DNA of 64,000 nt from assembly GCA_964187785.1 (NCBI GenBank), contig OZ076415.1:38936001-39000000 (forward strand). The letters are read 5' to 3'. The translations under genes were made by a program, and so were the position numbers. This DNA is from Amphiscolops sp. MND2022 (lineage: Eukaryota). Under the pieces are notes generated by a model. The model was given only the letters and a program-made list of their open reading frames with translations, was not told where the DNA came from and ran no database searches. Shown piece by piece: positions 1 to 11,729 of this stretch; position 1 is the stretch's first letter, and each line of letters begins with the position of its first letter.

Positions 1-2024
1 TCCGATCAATCTTTTCACTTGTTTAACTGTTTCTGGCATCCTGATCTTTTCAAGGAATTTGTTTATTTTGTCTGCTTCTGGTGAGATTCCTTTAGGTGTT
101 ATAGTGCTTCCCAAATAATCAATCTTTGTTGTCCCAAATTCACATTTATGGGCGGACAATTTCAATCCTGATGCGCGCAGGCAATCAAATATTTTCGTCA
201 AAGCAGGGATCATTTCATCAAAGTTGTTTACTCCCATGGCAATGTCGTCCATGAATTGAGTACAAACATTGGCAGCAAGACATTTATCTAGATAATGTTT
301 CACGAACGAACTGAACCCGGTGACAGATTTGTTCAGCCCTTGTGCTAAACAATTATAAGCAAATGTACGAGAAGCAAAATTAAATGCCAGCAATTGTACT
401 GAAAGGTCATCAGCCATTTGAACGCAATGGTATGCTTGCGAACAATCAAGTTTACAAAATAGTTTCTTCCCCGCAAAATGGTTTGTCGCATCGGTCATGT
501 TTGAAATTGGGAAATTGCTATTTAAGTAATCATGGCGTAGGAGGTGATTGACTCTTCTGAGATCGATAAGTATGCGAAGCTTGCCAGATGGTTTGCGATG
601 TACAAATATCGGACTTGAATATTTTGAATGTGACAACGTAGTGATGATATTAAAATATTGTAATAACGCCAATTCAACTAAGATTTCGTCACGCAAATGT
701 ATCGGTGCTGGTGGACCTTGAACGTACACCGGAAGTTGATGAGCAGGCGTTAGTTTGATCTTCAATTCTGTGTTATACCCAACATCAAAGCGATGTTTTG
801 CAAACGTCATGATATTCAACAAGGAAATCCTCCAGTTTTGACTTTTCATCAGCGCTCAAAACACATGTATCCCACGTAAATTTTTTCAAAAATTCTTGTC
901 TGTCGTGTGAATTAGATTTTGGATTTATTTTTTCCAAACGTTGAAGTTGCAAAATTTGGTCATAAATTTCACGTTGCAACGGTGACAAATTTGAAAGATC
1001 TGTACATGTTTCGGGAGTCGGAAACCAAAGTTTTGAGTAATCTGGTGGCGGCCGACCATTGTCAGTGTCAAATTTTTGAAAGTGTATATCTTGAATGAGC
1101 TGATTTAGTTCATTTTCAAAATCGTCCGGGTTTCTCATTTTTGCTAGTGTCAATAATTGTGGATCTATTTCAAGGAGATAATCGGCCTGTGACTCGCGCA
1201 GAATTTCAAAATGGGCAATTTGCTTTTTGCTATTTAGCGTGATCTGGGAATCACTCAAATTGATCGCTGATATGTAAATTTTATTGTCATTATCCATCTT
1301 GCTCAGAGACGAAGTTAATGCGATATTGGCCTTTTCCTCCAAATCTTTATTGGGAATTACTAAGCCTGTACAGTTAGCTAACTGGTCAGTGTAATCATCC
1401 AAATAGCATTCAAGGAGGACTTGTTGCTGCGGTCGAATATTTACTTTTTTGCTCAGTAGGATAGGAATATTTTTCATTTTTTTTTACAAATTGTCGTTTT
1501 TTCCCAGCGTCCGGTTTCATTTCATTGAGTTGAACCGTAAAATCAGGCAGTTTCAGTAAGTTGTTTTTTGGGTCGATCGTAATATTTTGTTTTTTAAAGA
1601 AAGAGTTGCCCAAAATTACACTATTCATTTTTGGTAGCACAAGGAAACTGTCTGTAAAGGAATGAATTCCAATACAGAATGTGAGATTCACCTGATTGTC
1701 AACTGACACTCGTTGTCCTGAAGCCATGCGGACAGACGTAAAATTTGGAGTTTCATTTTTAATTAATTCTGGATGATGCATTCGTAATTCGTCATATAAA
1801 TTTTGGGGCAATGCGTTTGCGCATGCGCCAGTATCAATTAGGGCTCTCCGGCGAATGTTCGGAGAAAATTTCAATTTAACGTAGGAAAGATTTTCACCTT
1901 CAAGAGGCAAAACAGCGCATATATCTGGCTCTTTTAATTCTATGTTACATGTGTGTGGCTCATTAGACTGGTTTTCATGTAGAGAAGTAGGCGGTGGAAT
2001 CTTGTGCTGCGTTTTTAGTTTTTT
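1..2024 (-). pseudogene. pol: Pol (protease-RT) of Gypsy family A with two frameshifts, truncated by the window edge
   Basis: -1 frame of gag is open from 2024 into ORF 1410..1910 (LIDTGA). Frameshift in the 9-T run at 1477-1485 and another near 800 (DVFAKHRFDVGYN); RT with FMDD is then open to position 1. Confidence 0.85.
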
Positions 2025-3283
2025 GGATTTTGATTGAACGGCATTTGCGCTCCTCGTTGTGGCGGGTTACCTTGCGCGGTACAATCTTTTGCTAGGTGAT
2101 TCGGATATCCACAATTATAGCAAGTATGTGTTGATTGTTGCGTGTAAGGCATGTAATGCGGATCCGGAGTAAAAACTTCAAATGTGGTTTGCGATGAACC
2201 TTGATTAAAATTTCCTTGTTGAAAGTTTTCCTGATTAGGATTTGACCATTGTTGCTGACTATTTTGATTCTGATTAAAGTTTGAATTTTGGTAGTTTTGA
2301 TTTGACTGATTGTAGTTTCTGCCAGAATTGTTCTGCCAAGGTCGTCCTCGTCCTTGGTAACCTCGACCTCGGTTTCCACGGTTATTGCCGCGATACCGAC
2401 CACGGTAATTTCCTCGATTTCCGCGATAGCCTTGGCCACGATAGTTTTGAGAGCCGCGTTGCAAATTATTTTGGTTTTGCTGATTTTGTAACTGAGTGGT
2501 TAAATTCGTAGCTTGCTCTTCTAGTTTTTTGGACATTTCGTTCAGTCGATTGTCCATAGTTTCTTGACTATGGCTCAATTTTGTAAGAGCTGTAACTAAA
2601 GTATCAGATACGGAAGGGCGCACTTCACTGAAAGCATCCATAACCGAATCTTCAACCTTACAAAGGTTATAGATCGAAAGTTGTTTCCGAGCGAATATAC
2701 ACAAATCGTCAACCGTTGTATTTTCCGGTTGTTCCAAAAGTTTCGCTCGAAGCCAGCCCGGCATATTTTTTATAAATTGTCTCCGAATCTGAGCGGAGCG
2801 CGCTTGTTGCGCTGAATGAATTATTTCGGCTCTTCGGGCGGTTTCAGAATCAAATCGTGTTTGTTCCACTGCTGCGTCCGGTGCGGCACCATCAATTGGT
2901 GCTACAGCAGGTGGATTTGGATCGGGATAAGCTTTAAGTGCTTTCGTTTGTAACGTGACTAAAAAATTCTCTGGATTGTCTGTTTTCGGATCGAATTTCA
3001 AGTTTTCCAATTTAAGCATATGCAATTCCTGAAGTCTCGGATTACAAAAATGGTCACGAAGAGCTGTCAAAGAGAGATCTAAGTCCTCACGCGTCGCTAC
3101 CGGTAGTGTTTGAAAATAGCGGAGCGCAGCGTCTCGAAGATGAAGTTGTAAAAAGTTAGCTTGTTGCGCTTGCGGTACCGCAGCTACTGCTAAGATACTT
3201 CGTAACAAATGTTCGAATTCCCTGAAATTTTCCTTTTCTAAACCCGAGTACGGTGTTAGCGAGAGTTGAGGTAAAGCAGCCAT
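2015..3283 (-). CDS. gag: Gag of Gypsy family A
   Basis: Uninterrupted ORF from ATG 3283 (MAALPQL); capsid-like N-half, N/Q/R/G-rich linker, CYNCGYPNHLAKDC zinc knuckle, stop TAA 2015-2017. Confidence 0.92.
   Translation of the reverse strand: MAALPQLSLTPYSGLEKENFREFEHLLRSILAVAAVPQAQQANFLQLHLRDAALRYFQTLPVATREDLDLSLTALRDHFCNPRLQELHMLKLENLKFDPKTDNPENFLVTLQTKALKAYPDPNPPAVAPIDGAAPDAAVEQTRFDSETARRAEIIHSAQQARSAQIRRQFIKNMPGWLRAKLLEQPENTTVDDLCIFARKQLSIYNLCKVEDSVMDAFSEVRPSVSDTLVTALTKLSHSQETMDNRLNEMSKKLEEQATNLTTQLQNQQNQNNLQRGSQNYRGQGYRGNRGNYRGRYRGNNRGNRGRGYQGRGRPWQNNSGRNYNQSNQNYQNSNFNQNQNSQQQWSNPNQENFQQGNFNQGSSQTTFEVFTPDPHYMPYTQQSTHTCYNCGYPNHLAKDCTAQGNPPQRGAQMPFNQNPKN
2018..2024 (-). promoter_or_regulatory. 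-1 ribosomal frameshift slippery heptamer A AAA AAC
   Basis: Minus strand reads CCA AAA AAC TAA at the gag end; the -1 frame (CTA AAA ACG CAG...) is open into the protease. Confidence 0.85.
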
Positions 3284-4002
3284 GATTTTAAAAGTTAAGT
3301 GTGAAATAGAGAGTGACGAATAAAACAAACTAAGATTGTAGTGAAGAAAAAGTTGAAAAATTGTCGAGCAAAGTGTGTAAAATGCAGTCGAACACTGACG
3401 TGTAGTTTGAACTTTGAAAACTGAACAACGAATATAAAACTTTCAAGGCGAAACAAAAAAGGTTTGAGATCAAATTTATAGTGTTTTTGCAACAATTACG
3501 ATTTGCAGTGAAAAGAGAAAGTTTGCAATTGGAAAAAAGTAAAAAGATTGCAGAAATTCACAGTTGAGTTTCGAAAAGAGTAATAGCTGTGAGACACAGT
3601 TCAGTTGAAAATGAAAACAATTGAAGCACTCATGAAATTCGAAAACTACACTATATCACTTTACTGCTTCAGAAGTGAATCAGACTCACCGACTGTATTC
3701 GTACTGGCATTTTGAAGTCATCATGAAATTGAATACAAATATCGGAGCATCAACATTCGCCCAATTGGAGAAAGTCACCAAAATTCATCATTGATTTCTG
3801 TAGTTTCCAGTTTCTGCCGTGCCGTGTTTTTTCAGTTATGACAGCCTCGTGGATCTGGTGCCGGTCGTGGATGATGTGGCTCTGGTGCTGGTCGTGGATG
3901 ATGTGGCTGGAACACCGCGGGTGGTTGGTCGGGGGTCTCGTGTGAGCTTTTCAACACAAAAAGGAGAGTTCTTCTCTGTATTGCATAGTGAGGATTGTTT
4001 TG

Positions 4003-4014
4003 CTCCTGTCACCA
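4003..4014 (-). promoter_or_regulatory. Putative primer-binding site TGGTGACAGGAG
   Basis: TGG-starting motif (plus strand ...CTCCTGTCACCA) about 720 nt upstream of gag; cognate tRNA not identified. Confidence 0.6.
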
Positions 4015-4321
4015 ACTTATATCTCTACTTTTAAGATGAGTATTTATGGCTGGCGGCTGGATGCAGGAATGGAGAGCAGTCAAGTCTTCGGAACATGGAT
4101 CACAATCCTCAGATTAGTTCTCTCTTTTCTTATTGAAAACACAACCATGCAATTCTCTAGTTATAGTCAGCACTGATGTTTTTGTATTAATAAGTATTAT
4201 TATAGTTATTTGTTTAAAGATGATGATCAAATAGTTCAGAGTTTAAAGTTCTATCATTAGTAAAATAGTTTTAATGTCAAATATTTAAGAGTTCTTTCAA
4301 TCAGTTCATATGTCCTCAACA
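4015..4321 (-). repeat. Putative 5' LTR of Gypsy A (~300 bp)
   Basis: Lies next to the PBS and begins TGTTGAGG on minus at 4321; no partner LTR in the window to confirm the ends. Confidence 0.45.
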
Positions 4322-4379
4322 TAGGAATGTTTCAGCTATGTTACACGGTCAAAGTGGCCCGTATTAGCTGTCCAGTAGG

Positions 4380-5709
4380 CTTTTCCGAAAAGATTATTTC
4401 TATTTTCTAAATGAAAAAGGTCTCTAATTGAAACCGAAAGTGACAAAAAACCCAAAGCTTTCTATTTTTCGAATTTTTTATGCAATTTTTGTCACATTTT
4501 CGACAGACTTCGTAGATCAGAATGTTGCGAAGCGTAAGCAAGGAGCAGTATTGGTCCAAAAAGTTTTTCCGAAGAATTTAATGCCGTTTTCTAGATGAAG
4601 AAAATCTCAAGTTGGCACCAAAACGACAAAAAACCCAAAATTTTCCTATTTTCAATGTTTTTATGCAATTTCTGTCACGATTTCGACAAACTCCGTAGAG
4701 TGGAATAATGAAAACGTTCACCAAGGTAGCAGTTTGTTGTCCGGTAGTCTTTAAGGATGAGACAGTTTCAGTTTTCGAATGAAAAAGTCAACTTGACACC
4801 GAAATTGACGAAAATCCCAAAATTTTTCAATTTTCAAAGTTTTTTGCAGTTTTTCTTAAAAATTTTCAACAAACTCCGGAGATTGGAATGTTGGAAAGGG
4901 TCAACAAGGAACAAATGTTGTCCCGTATGCTTAGTGGAACGATAAATGCAGCTTTTCAAATGAAAAATATCTGGAATTGACATCGAAAAAGGAAAAATTT
5001 CAAAATTTTCTATTTTCATCATTTTTCTTCAATTATTGCCAAACTATCGATAGACTTTGTGAACTAGAATGTTAAAACCCCTAAACAATGAGAAAGTTGT
5101 TGTCTCTGTAAGCTTTCGACAACAGATAACAATTTCTAATTCAAAAGTGCTTGAAATTGACCTTGAAGTAGTCGAAAAATTCGACGATTTTGTCGTTTTT
5201 GATGCAATTTCCGTACAATTCCCGAAAGTCTTCGTTATTAGTTCCATAACGCTGAACAACGAAAGAACGAGCTATGCAATACATTTTTTCAGGAGAACGT
5301 TGCAGCGTTTTGCTTCAAAAACACCAACATTTTTTTGCTTTCAACATCATCGTTTTTAAGCAACCCATGTCTACATTTTGAAGCGTTTTGGATTCAGAAC
5401 GATGGCAAAGGTTCAACAAGGATTGAACGCTTATTTCAGTCGGCCTTTAGAGAAATTTTTTTTCGAAAAAAAATGAAAAATTTCACTCGGTAAGTCGCAT
5501 AGTGTCGAAATTACGAAAGCTGGCCAGCTATCGCAGAAATACTAAAATAAAGGTGTTTCCTTCACAACTGGGCAAAGATAAATCGAAGCTTTCTTTTCTT
5601 CGAACTTCTTAGCGTTTTTATAGTGCATTAGTTATCCTTGAGCCTCAAATTTATGTAGTTGTAGAACAGTTCGGGCGGAAAATATCTCGCTGCTCAGCGG
5701 GCGTCTTGT
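4380..5709 (-). repeat. Interspersed repeat family X with ~185-bp diverged internal subrepeats
   Basis: Reverse complement matches 57605-58800 and 59960-61150 (head ACAAGACGCCCGCTGAGCAGCGAGATATTTTCCGC; blocks CACTATGCGACTTACCGAGT and CCTTTCCAACATTCCAATCT). Confidence 0.8.
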
Positions 5710-7375
5710 TGAAATATTTGGTTAAAAAGTTTAAAATGCAGAACTACTTTCGCAACAAATCATCGAATACTGCCAACAATATAAATCTTGACTTTAATTC
5801 TAGAAGCTACAGAAAACAGAACGTTTGGTGCATCAAACAGATATACGAATAATAGTTTCCAGAGATGAATTCGCAATTCGCTTTTTCAAAGCCAAAAATG
5901 CGGTACACTGGTCCATTTGATTCAATCTACATAGTTCATGAGTTTTTGGTTAAACTTCAATTGAAGGGAACTGAGTCGAACAATTGAGAGAAAAATGGAC
6001 GACACTTGTGGCTATTTCCCAACAAGCATTTCTCAAAAATAAATTCGGGATGGGTTTCAGTAACTTGATTTTTAGTAACTTTTCAAAGGAGACCAAAAGC
6101 AAAAAACATCAACGTATGAAAGGAATACACAAAAAAGAAGATTTTTACATTCGTTCACAACACATTTCACTACTTACTTAAACCTTTTGGCAAACAAAGA
6201 GAATTTAATATCAGGCCTTTCAAATCAATCTAAAACTGATTAATTTTGAATGAGACAAACACCGAAGCAATCAAATTGAGAATACCGCTAAATATTTCAT
6301 GGTATTGTTGCTGTTTTGCGGTCAATATAATTCAATAATAAACAGAATTGTGCCGAATTGATCCACTTGATTCAATCTGCATATAAATGATTCCGATTGA
6401 GTTCCAGTCAAATGATTCTAAGCATAACTATTTTTCAGAAAGACCTTAGTTGGAAGCCGGTAATTTATTCAACTTGATGAAAAATAACCTACAATATGGT
6501 TAACATATTTAACGCTACTACCGAAATATTAATGTGAGCGTAGCGAAGCCTTTTGCCACGATTCGCACAGTTTGAACGAATTTACTGGTTTTTAGTCACG
6601 ACAAAAGTGCCCGAATATTCCAGTGGCTAGTTTTTTTTTCGTCAGACCACAGAGCTCACCCTGTATGCACTACTTTTTAGTACAGACTATTCGATTTAGG
6701 GGGAACCCAACGGTAGCGGGTTCGAGTCCCTGCTTCAGCTGGAAACTTTTCCGTGCATTTGCGAATCCGGACGACACTGAAGGGTCTCCTTCATTTTTTG
6801 ATATATTGCAATAACCTGGAGTTTCAAAAAGCCCAAAAAGTCTCCCGTGTCGTCTGTACATTTTTTGGCACTATGAGACATTCGAAATTCTCATTTGTCG
6901 TCTGAAATTAGATTTCCTCAATATATACCCACATTTTTTAATATTCCAAAAATTTAATTATTAAACTTTTCATGGGTTTGCGTGCATGCCAATGTGGGCC
7001 CATACTTACCGCGAGCCTTGCGCAAAGCTCCTTTGCGCCTATGCTCTATTTAACTTTTCAATTTTATCGTTGTTCCTGAAAAGTGCCACAGCTTTCCCAT
7101 TTTTTGTCCAAACAAGAGTTTCATTCAACCGTTTTTTTGAGCTATGAAATTGAAATAATTCCACTTTTTCTCGAAGCATTTTTTACTTCAGTCTACCGAA
7201 AGCATTTTCATTAGTGAACTATCGAAAATCAATATCTGAACGTCAAGAAAAAAGCTCTTGAGGATTTGTGATTTCTCTAATCAAATCACGTCGATATCTT
7301 TCTGTTCCCAGGTTTCTCAATATGTTTTCTGTGGATTTGACTGCTTCGTTCGAAGTTTTAAGGGAAACATGCCAC

Positions 7376-8236
7376 TTACTTTGGTGATAAGAAGGAAATA
7401 TGCAAAGGCAAATTGTTGCTATTCTGGACTCCAAGTTTCGGGAATGCACAAGAGTGCTCTTTGAAAGAATGTCTAAGTAAGGCATTCTTGCTTTCGAACA
7501 GTTGCAGACATTTACTGCACTGCACTCCATGATCTATTGACTGCTGTTCGCGTGGACTTCTGCATCGCTTCAATCCCCATTTCACTGAACTTGAAACCAG
7601 TTTCCGATAGCAACGGAGTCCTTGTCGATGGTAATTATTCAAGTGAGCTCGAAGACAACTCCCGGGTCCATTGATTACCTTGGGACATATTGGACACTGG
7701 AACTTCGGTAAAGTGTGTCTACAAATACAAATAACGAAAATCATACCCCGTATTTCATAAACACCGGTGTCCCTGGTAAAAACCCTCTGATAAAGAACTC
7801 ATTATGAAAATGAGAATCATCCAAATAGTCAAATTTTTAACAAAATGGCTAAATTCTTAATCAATGTCACAACTCAGCGAAAACAAAAACGCAGTATCAA
7901 ATCTCAAAACCAGATACTTAATTGTTTTTGGCTTTGAATTGGGTAAGTAATAACATTTCAACTCCCTTTATTATTGAACTCAAAAAAGGCACAAGCCCCA
8001 CTTATACTCACTTGGCCGAGCCTTCAAGCACAAAAATTCAATTTATGATGACCAATGAATTGACTGACTTACTTCACAACATGAAGATGGAAATCGTCGA
8101 TGCAATCGAAACTTTTGCGACAGAAAGAACAGATGTTCTTAGGTGGTAAGTGGGAAGTTCGATGGTGACGAGCAAGATTCCCATAACCGCTGAATAATTT
8201 GTAGCATCCGCTTTCACAGCACATGTACTTCTTCCC
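7376..8236 (-). CDS. C2H2 zinc-finger gene, downstream exons 8236-8073 and 7718-7376 (4 fingers)
   Basis: Exon 8236-8073 (absent from the ORF track) encodes YMCCESGCYKLFSGYGNLARHHRTSH and CSFCRKSFDCIDDFHLHVVK. Intron 8072-7719 (GTAAGT...TTGTAG) completes CX2CX12HX3H and joins CPICPKV...HLNNYH and CSKC...HSFKEH. Confidence 0.8.
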
Positions 8237-8589
8237 CTGAAACAAGTTTTACTTGAAACCAGGAGAATGTGATATTTTTGAAGCATGATAAATGAAAAGA
8301 CGACACTACAAACCAGAGCCGCATGCGATAGAGTCGGAAACGGAATAAAACATTGAAAAACAAATTACGTACTTTGTCATTTGGTCATTTTGGACTGATT
8401 TAGGCTACGTTTTTTCAGATCCGAGTCATAGGTTTTAATGTCATTGCGCACCCAGGAGCACCTCTGGGTGTAGAATGACTGTGCTAAAGTTTATAAAAAA
8501 TTGTATGGACGGTCTCAAAAATCATCGTTTCTTCGAAACTATATCACAAACTCAGATTTCTATCTCAAAGCTAGAGAATTTTGGCATTC

Positions 8590-10088
8590 TCAAGAGATCA
8601 TTTTCAAAAGATCCAATAAATGAGCAAAAAGATGAGTACAATCATTGAATAGAATTGAGAGCTACATAAAGATAAATTTCGACAGTATGTACGAACTTTT
8701 ATGTAAATCCTGTGTTTTCTCTTCACATGCTTTCCCAAAGTCAGTGCGTTGGGGAAGCCAGAGCCACAATAAACACACTCCATTGGCGATGCTTTCACTT
8801 CTTTCTTATTGGCCCAAGAACTGCATTTCTTGTATTTTCGATGCAGTCGGATACCCCTGGTATCGCGAAAGCGTTTTTTACAATCTGTACAACGAATATA
8901 TTTACAATACTTTCCCTCTTTGAAGCTGAAACAGAAACAGTTGTGGAAAACATGAATTAAATGGATACCCATGTTCATTTATGAAGATCTTGACTAACTT
9001 GTGAATGCGAACCATGTGGTTTTCATAGAAAACAAAAGACGTTAGAACAGATCCACAGACTTCACAGGTAAAATCCGACTGCTTCTTTTCAATGTTAGCC
9101 GATTCCGCAACAGAATGCAGAGAATGCAAATGCATTACAAGTTCTTCACGATTAGCCACAGTTGAGAGACAAACAGGGCAGACATTGGTTGCTAGGGGTA
9201 CACAATGATCTGGCTGGTGCCTCAACAGGTGATAATGTGCCATTTGAGGCGTAAGAACCGCCATGTTACACAGAAGACACAAATAACGGGGATAAATTTC
9301 GCTAGTCTCGAAACACAGCTCTGCAGGTCTAACATCTCCCTTTGCGTCCCGGGGTATTACAACTAAAACAATCACTGACGTTGTGGGTATTCCATCGAAG
9401 GAACGATATGTTGATCATGCAAATTTGCCCCAATCGCTACTTCAAAGCTACCAGCATAATGTGTCATTTTGCTTGATGTTTCGTCATAGTTATTCCCAAT
9501 TTCAATAAATCAAAATTATGTCATAGTATTCAACAAACCTTGGACAGGGGAAAACATCTCCGGAAGATCAAATTGGTGCTTGACATCGACTGGATGACTG
9601 ACACACGAGTGGTTCTCCAGAACATCCAAGTTTTCAAAGTTTCTTCTGCAAGCGTCACATTTGAAGACTGAGACGATGTGATTCAGATTTGATTTATCGA
9701 AGGAGTGGCATAATCTTTGATGAAGATTAAATGCTTTCGCGTCTTCAAACTCAATTTTACACGGCTTGCATGATCGAAGTGATATTCCCAAATTGGCAGT
9801 TTTGATCGAAACTTCAGATAGCTTGTTTTCCGACCTGCACCGTTTGATGGTGTGCAAAATAATTGCAACTTCATGTTCTTGTCGAATACTCAGCACTTTG
9901 CTTCTCAAATGAGACTCCAAGTGCCAAACAAAATCAAGTCTCAAAAAGAACAACTCGTCACAAAGATCGCAGTGAAATTGGGTGTCTGAGAAGTAAGTAG
10001 AGTAACCATTAGTAGAAAAGCACGTCTTTCTATGTTCCACAAGCAACCTGGCGCTGTTGAAGTCTTTCGCGCAATAAGCACAGTTCAT
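8590..10088 (-). CDS. C2H2 zinc-finger gene, upstream exons (~9 fingers); same gene as 7376-8236 or a tandem paralogue
   Basis: ORFs 9516..10088, 8902..9375 and 8604..8978 carry CxxC...H...H fingers; phase-compatible GT-AG introns 9538-9363 (176 nt) and 8998-8926 (73 nt). The 5' end and the link to the downstream exons are unresolved. Confidence 0.8.
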
Positions 10089-10573
10089 CCTTTGTCATTG
10101 CTTTATGCTGGGTGAGTTCAAATCATGCAAACTGAAGAATGAATATCTTAAACGAATGATCTCTTGAGTAAACTGCCTTTGAAACTATGAATCTATGACA
10201 GGAAATAGAAAAGTTCTGCTGAATGAACAATAATTTTTCAGTTTTGGGGCAATTGTGCTTCATTTTAGTTGCGACTAAATTCGCCCGACTATTGATTAGT
10301 TCTATTTCATTTAGGGCATAAACGGATAGGACTGACATGGGCTGACATCCATATGCCAGATGGCCCAATGGTCACAGCGTTGGCCCACGTAGCTGACTCA
10401 CGGAGTTCGATTCAAGCTAAGGTCAAAATTTGTGATCACATTTTTAGTCGGCGCTTTTCTTTAGAAAAGAGCGACTAAAAACACGTCTTTTAGTCACTTT
10501 TTTCTCGATACACCGAACTAGCCAAATAGTTCTACAAAAAGTTCAACTTTTCGAGTAACTTCTCACCGCCACT

Positions 10574-10640
10574 TGGCCTAGTGGTTAACGCGGATTTTCC
10601 GTCCTGATGGCGAAGTCTGAGAAGGAGGGGTTCGAGCCTC
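10574..10640 (+). mobile_element. tRNA-derived SINE-like head (Pol III A and B boxes)
   Basis: A box TGGCCTAGTGG at 10574-10584 and B box GGTTCGAGCC at 10629-10638; no complete cloverleaf or CCA end. Confidence 0.5.
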
Positions 10641-10689
10641 GCACTTACCCAAAATTTATGTTTGCAAAAATAGGGAGACAAAAGGGTCC

Positions 10690-11260
10690 CCCTTTAGAAT
10701 TTTTCGGCACTGTGCGACTTTTCTGATTTTTTTTTCGAACAGAAACTCCCTCCCTACATTTTCAGCAGAAACAAGGCGTTTTGCGAGCATAAATGGCCAC
10801 GTCTAGTTTTTTCGGCACTATGCGATTTACCAAATATTTACTAAATTTTCTTAAAATTTTGAGGTTTTCCGTAAAGGAAAATGTTTCCCGAGTCTTGAGG
10901 GTGACCTCTTAATTACTGTTTGATTCCGTGGAACTGATCAGCTTTTTCGGGTTTGTGCGTCTTTTTCCGAATTTTCATTTGGACAAAGGTCACCCCCTCA
11001 CTTTCATAGCTGATTTCGGCCCAAGAAAAAGTAGTTCTGCTGTAAGCTTCATTTTCGGCATCATGAGACTTTTTTCCGGCACAATGGATTTTTTGTGTTC
11101 CAAGTTGGGGAAACCGCGGATCCGGCTTAACACTTTCACTGGAAAGAAAAAAACTACATGAAACTTTCTTTCATTGGAAATAAAAACTAAACGAGACTTC
11201 GGTGCCCTCGTAGGTTTTTCAATGTTTCCTGTTAGGAAAACATTTATGAGCGCAAGGAGT
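10690..11260 (+). repeat. Repeat related to family X (reiterated TTTTCGGCAC[T/A][A/G]TG[C/A]GACT motif)
   Basis: Shares motifs and blocks (GAGTCTTGAGG.TGACCTCT, GTGGAACTGAT, TTCATAGCTGATTTCGG) with 57780-58100, and partly with 6810-6890. Confidence 0.65.
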
Positions 11261-11558
11261 CTGCTTTTCGGCACAGTAGGATTACTTTCAAATTACTTCT
11301 TTTCCAGAAATTACTTGAATGCCACCAGTGTGCTTATTTGTAACATTTGGCCCTCTCTGTTCGTGAAAGTTCGCAAACAGTTTTGTTTGAAATTTGTTGT
11401 TACCGTTGATTACTTTTCGAGATAAGAACAGCAGTTGCTAATATAAGAACAACAGCGCCCATTTAACAGTTATTAGCCCCCGATACAAAACGCCTCGCTA
11501 GTTTTCTAGCTGATTTTATCGCCTCTAATTAAATCTAATTGACGGTAATTAGTCAGTT

Positions 11559-11729
11559 CAGTGGATCCCGGATATAAGAAATTCGCTTATAAGAAATACC
11601 CGCTTAAAGTCAATGCTTATCTTGGCCCCGACTGGCAACTTCATTCTTTCTAAAACCCGGATATAAGAAAGTTCGATAAGGAACACCAATAGGCGTTCCC
11701 CTGACGTCGATTATATCCGGGATCCATTG
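11559..11729. mobile_element. Tc1/mariner-type MITE, copy 1
   Basis: TIRs CAGTGGATCCCGGATATAA and TTATATCCGGGATCCATTG; right flank TA, left flank TT. Confidence 0.8.

Larger units (their letters stand above)
1..4321 (-). mobile_element. Ty3/Gypsy LTR retrotransposon, family A (5' LTR, PBS, gag, protease, RT; runs off the left window edge)
   Basis: Gag with CCHC knuckle, then protease (LIDTGA), then RT (LRILIDLR, KLDCSQAY, QFMDD), all collinear on minus; PBS-like TGG motif upstream. Confidence 0.95.

Noticed and set aside
8237-8252. Apparent 16-nt intron GTAAAACTTGTTTCAG
   Set aside because: The upstream sequence is pyrimidine-rich and intron-like; more likely the 3' end of a longer intron.
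9363-9379. Apparent 17-nt GT-AG micro-intron restoring frame in the zinc-finger gene
   Set aside because: An ordinary 176-nt intron (9538-9363) uses the same acceptor and gives the same frame.
10990-11425. Identical small ORF pairs (MPKSRLL..., M..KTKRDFG...), repeated at 13520-13937
   Set aside because: Identity reflects the tandem duplication of a non-coding repeat; no protein motifs.
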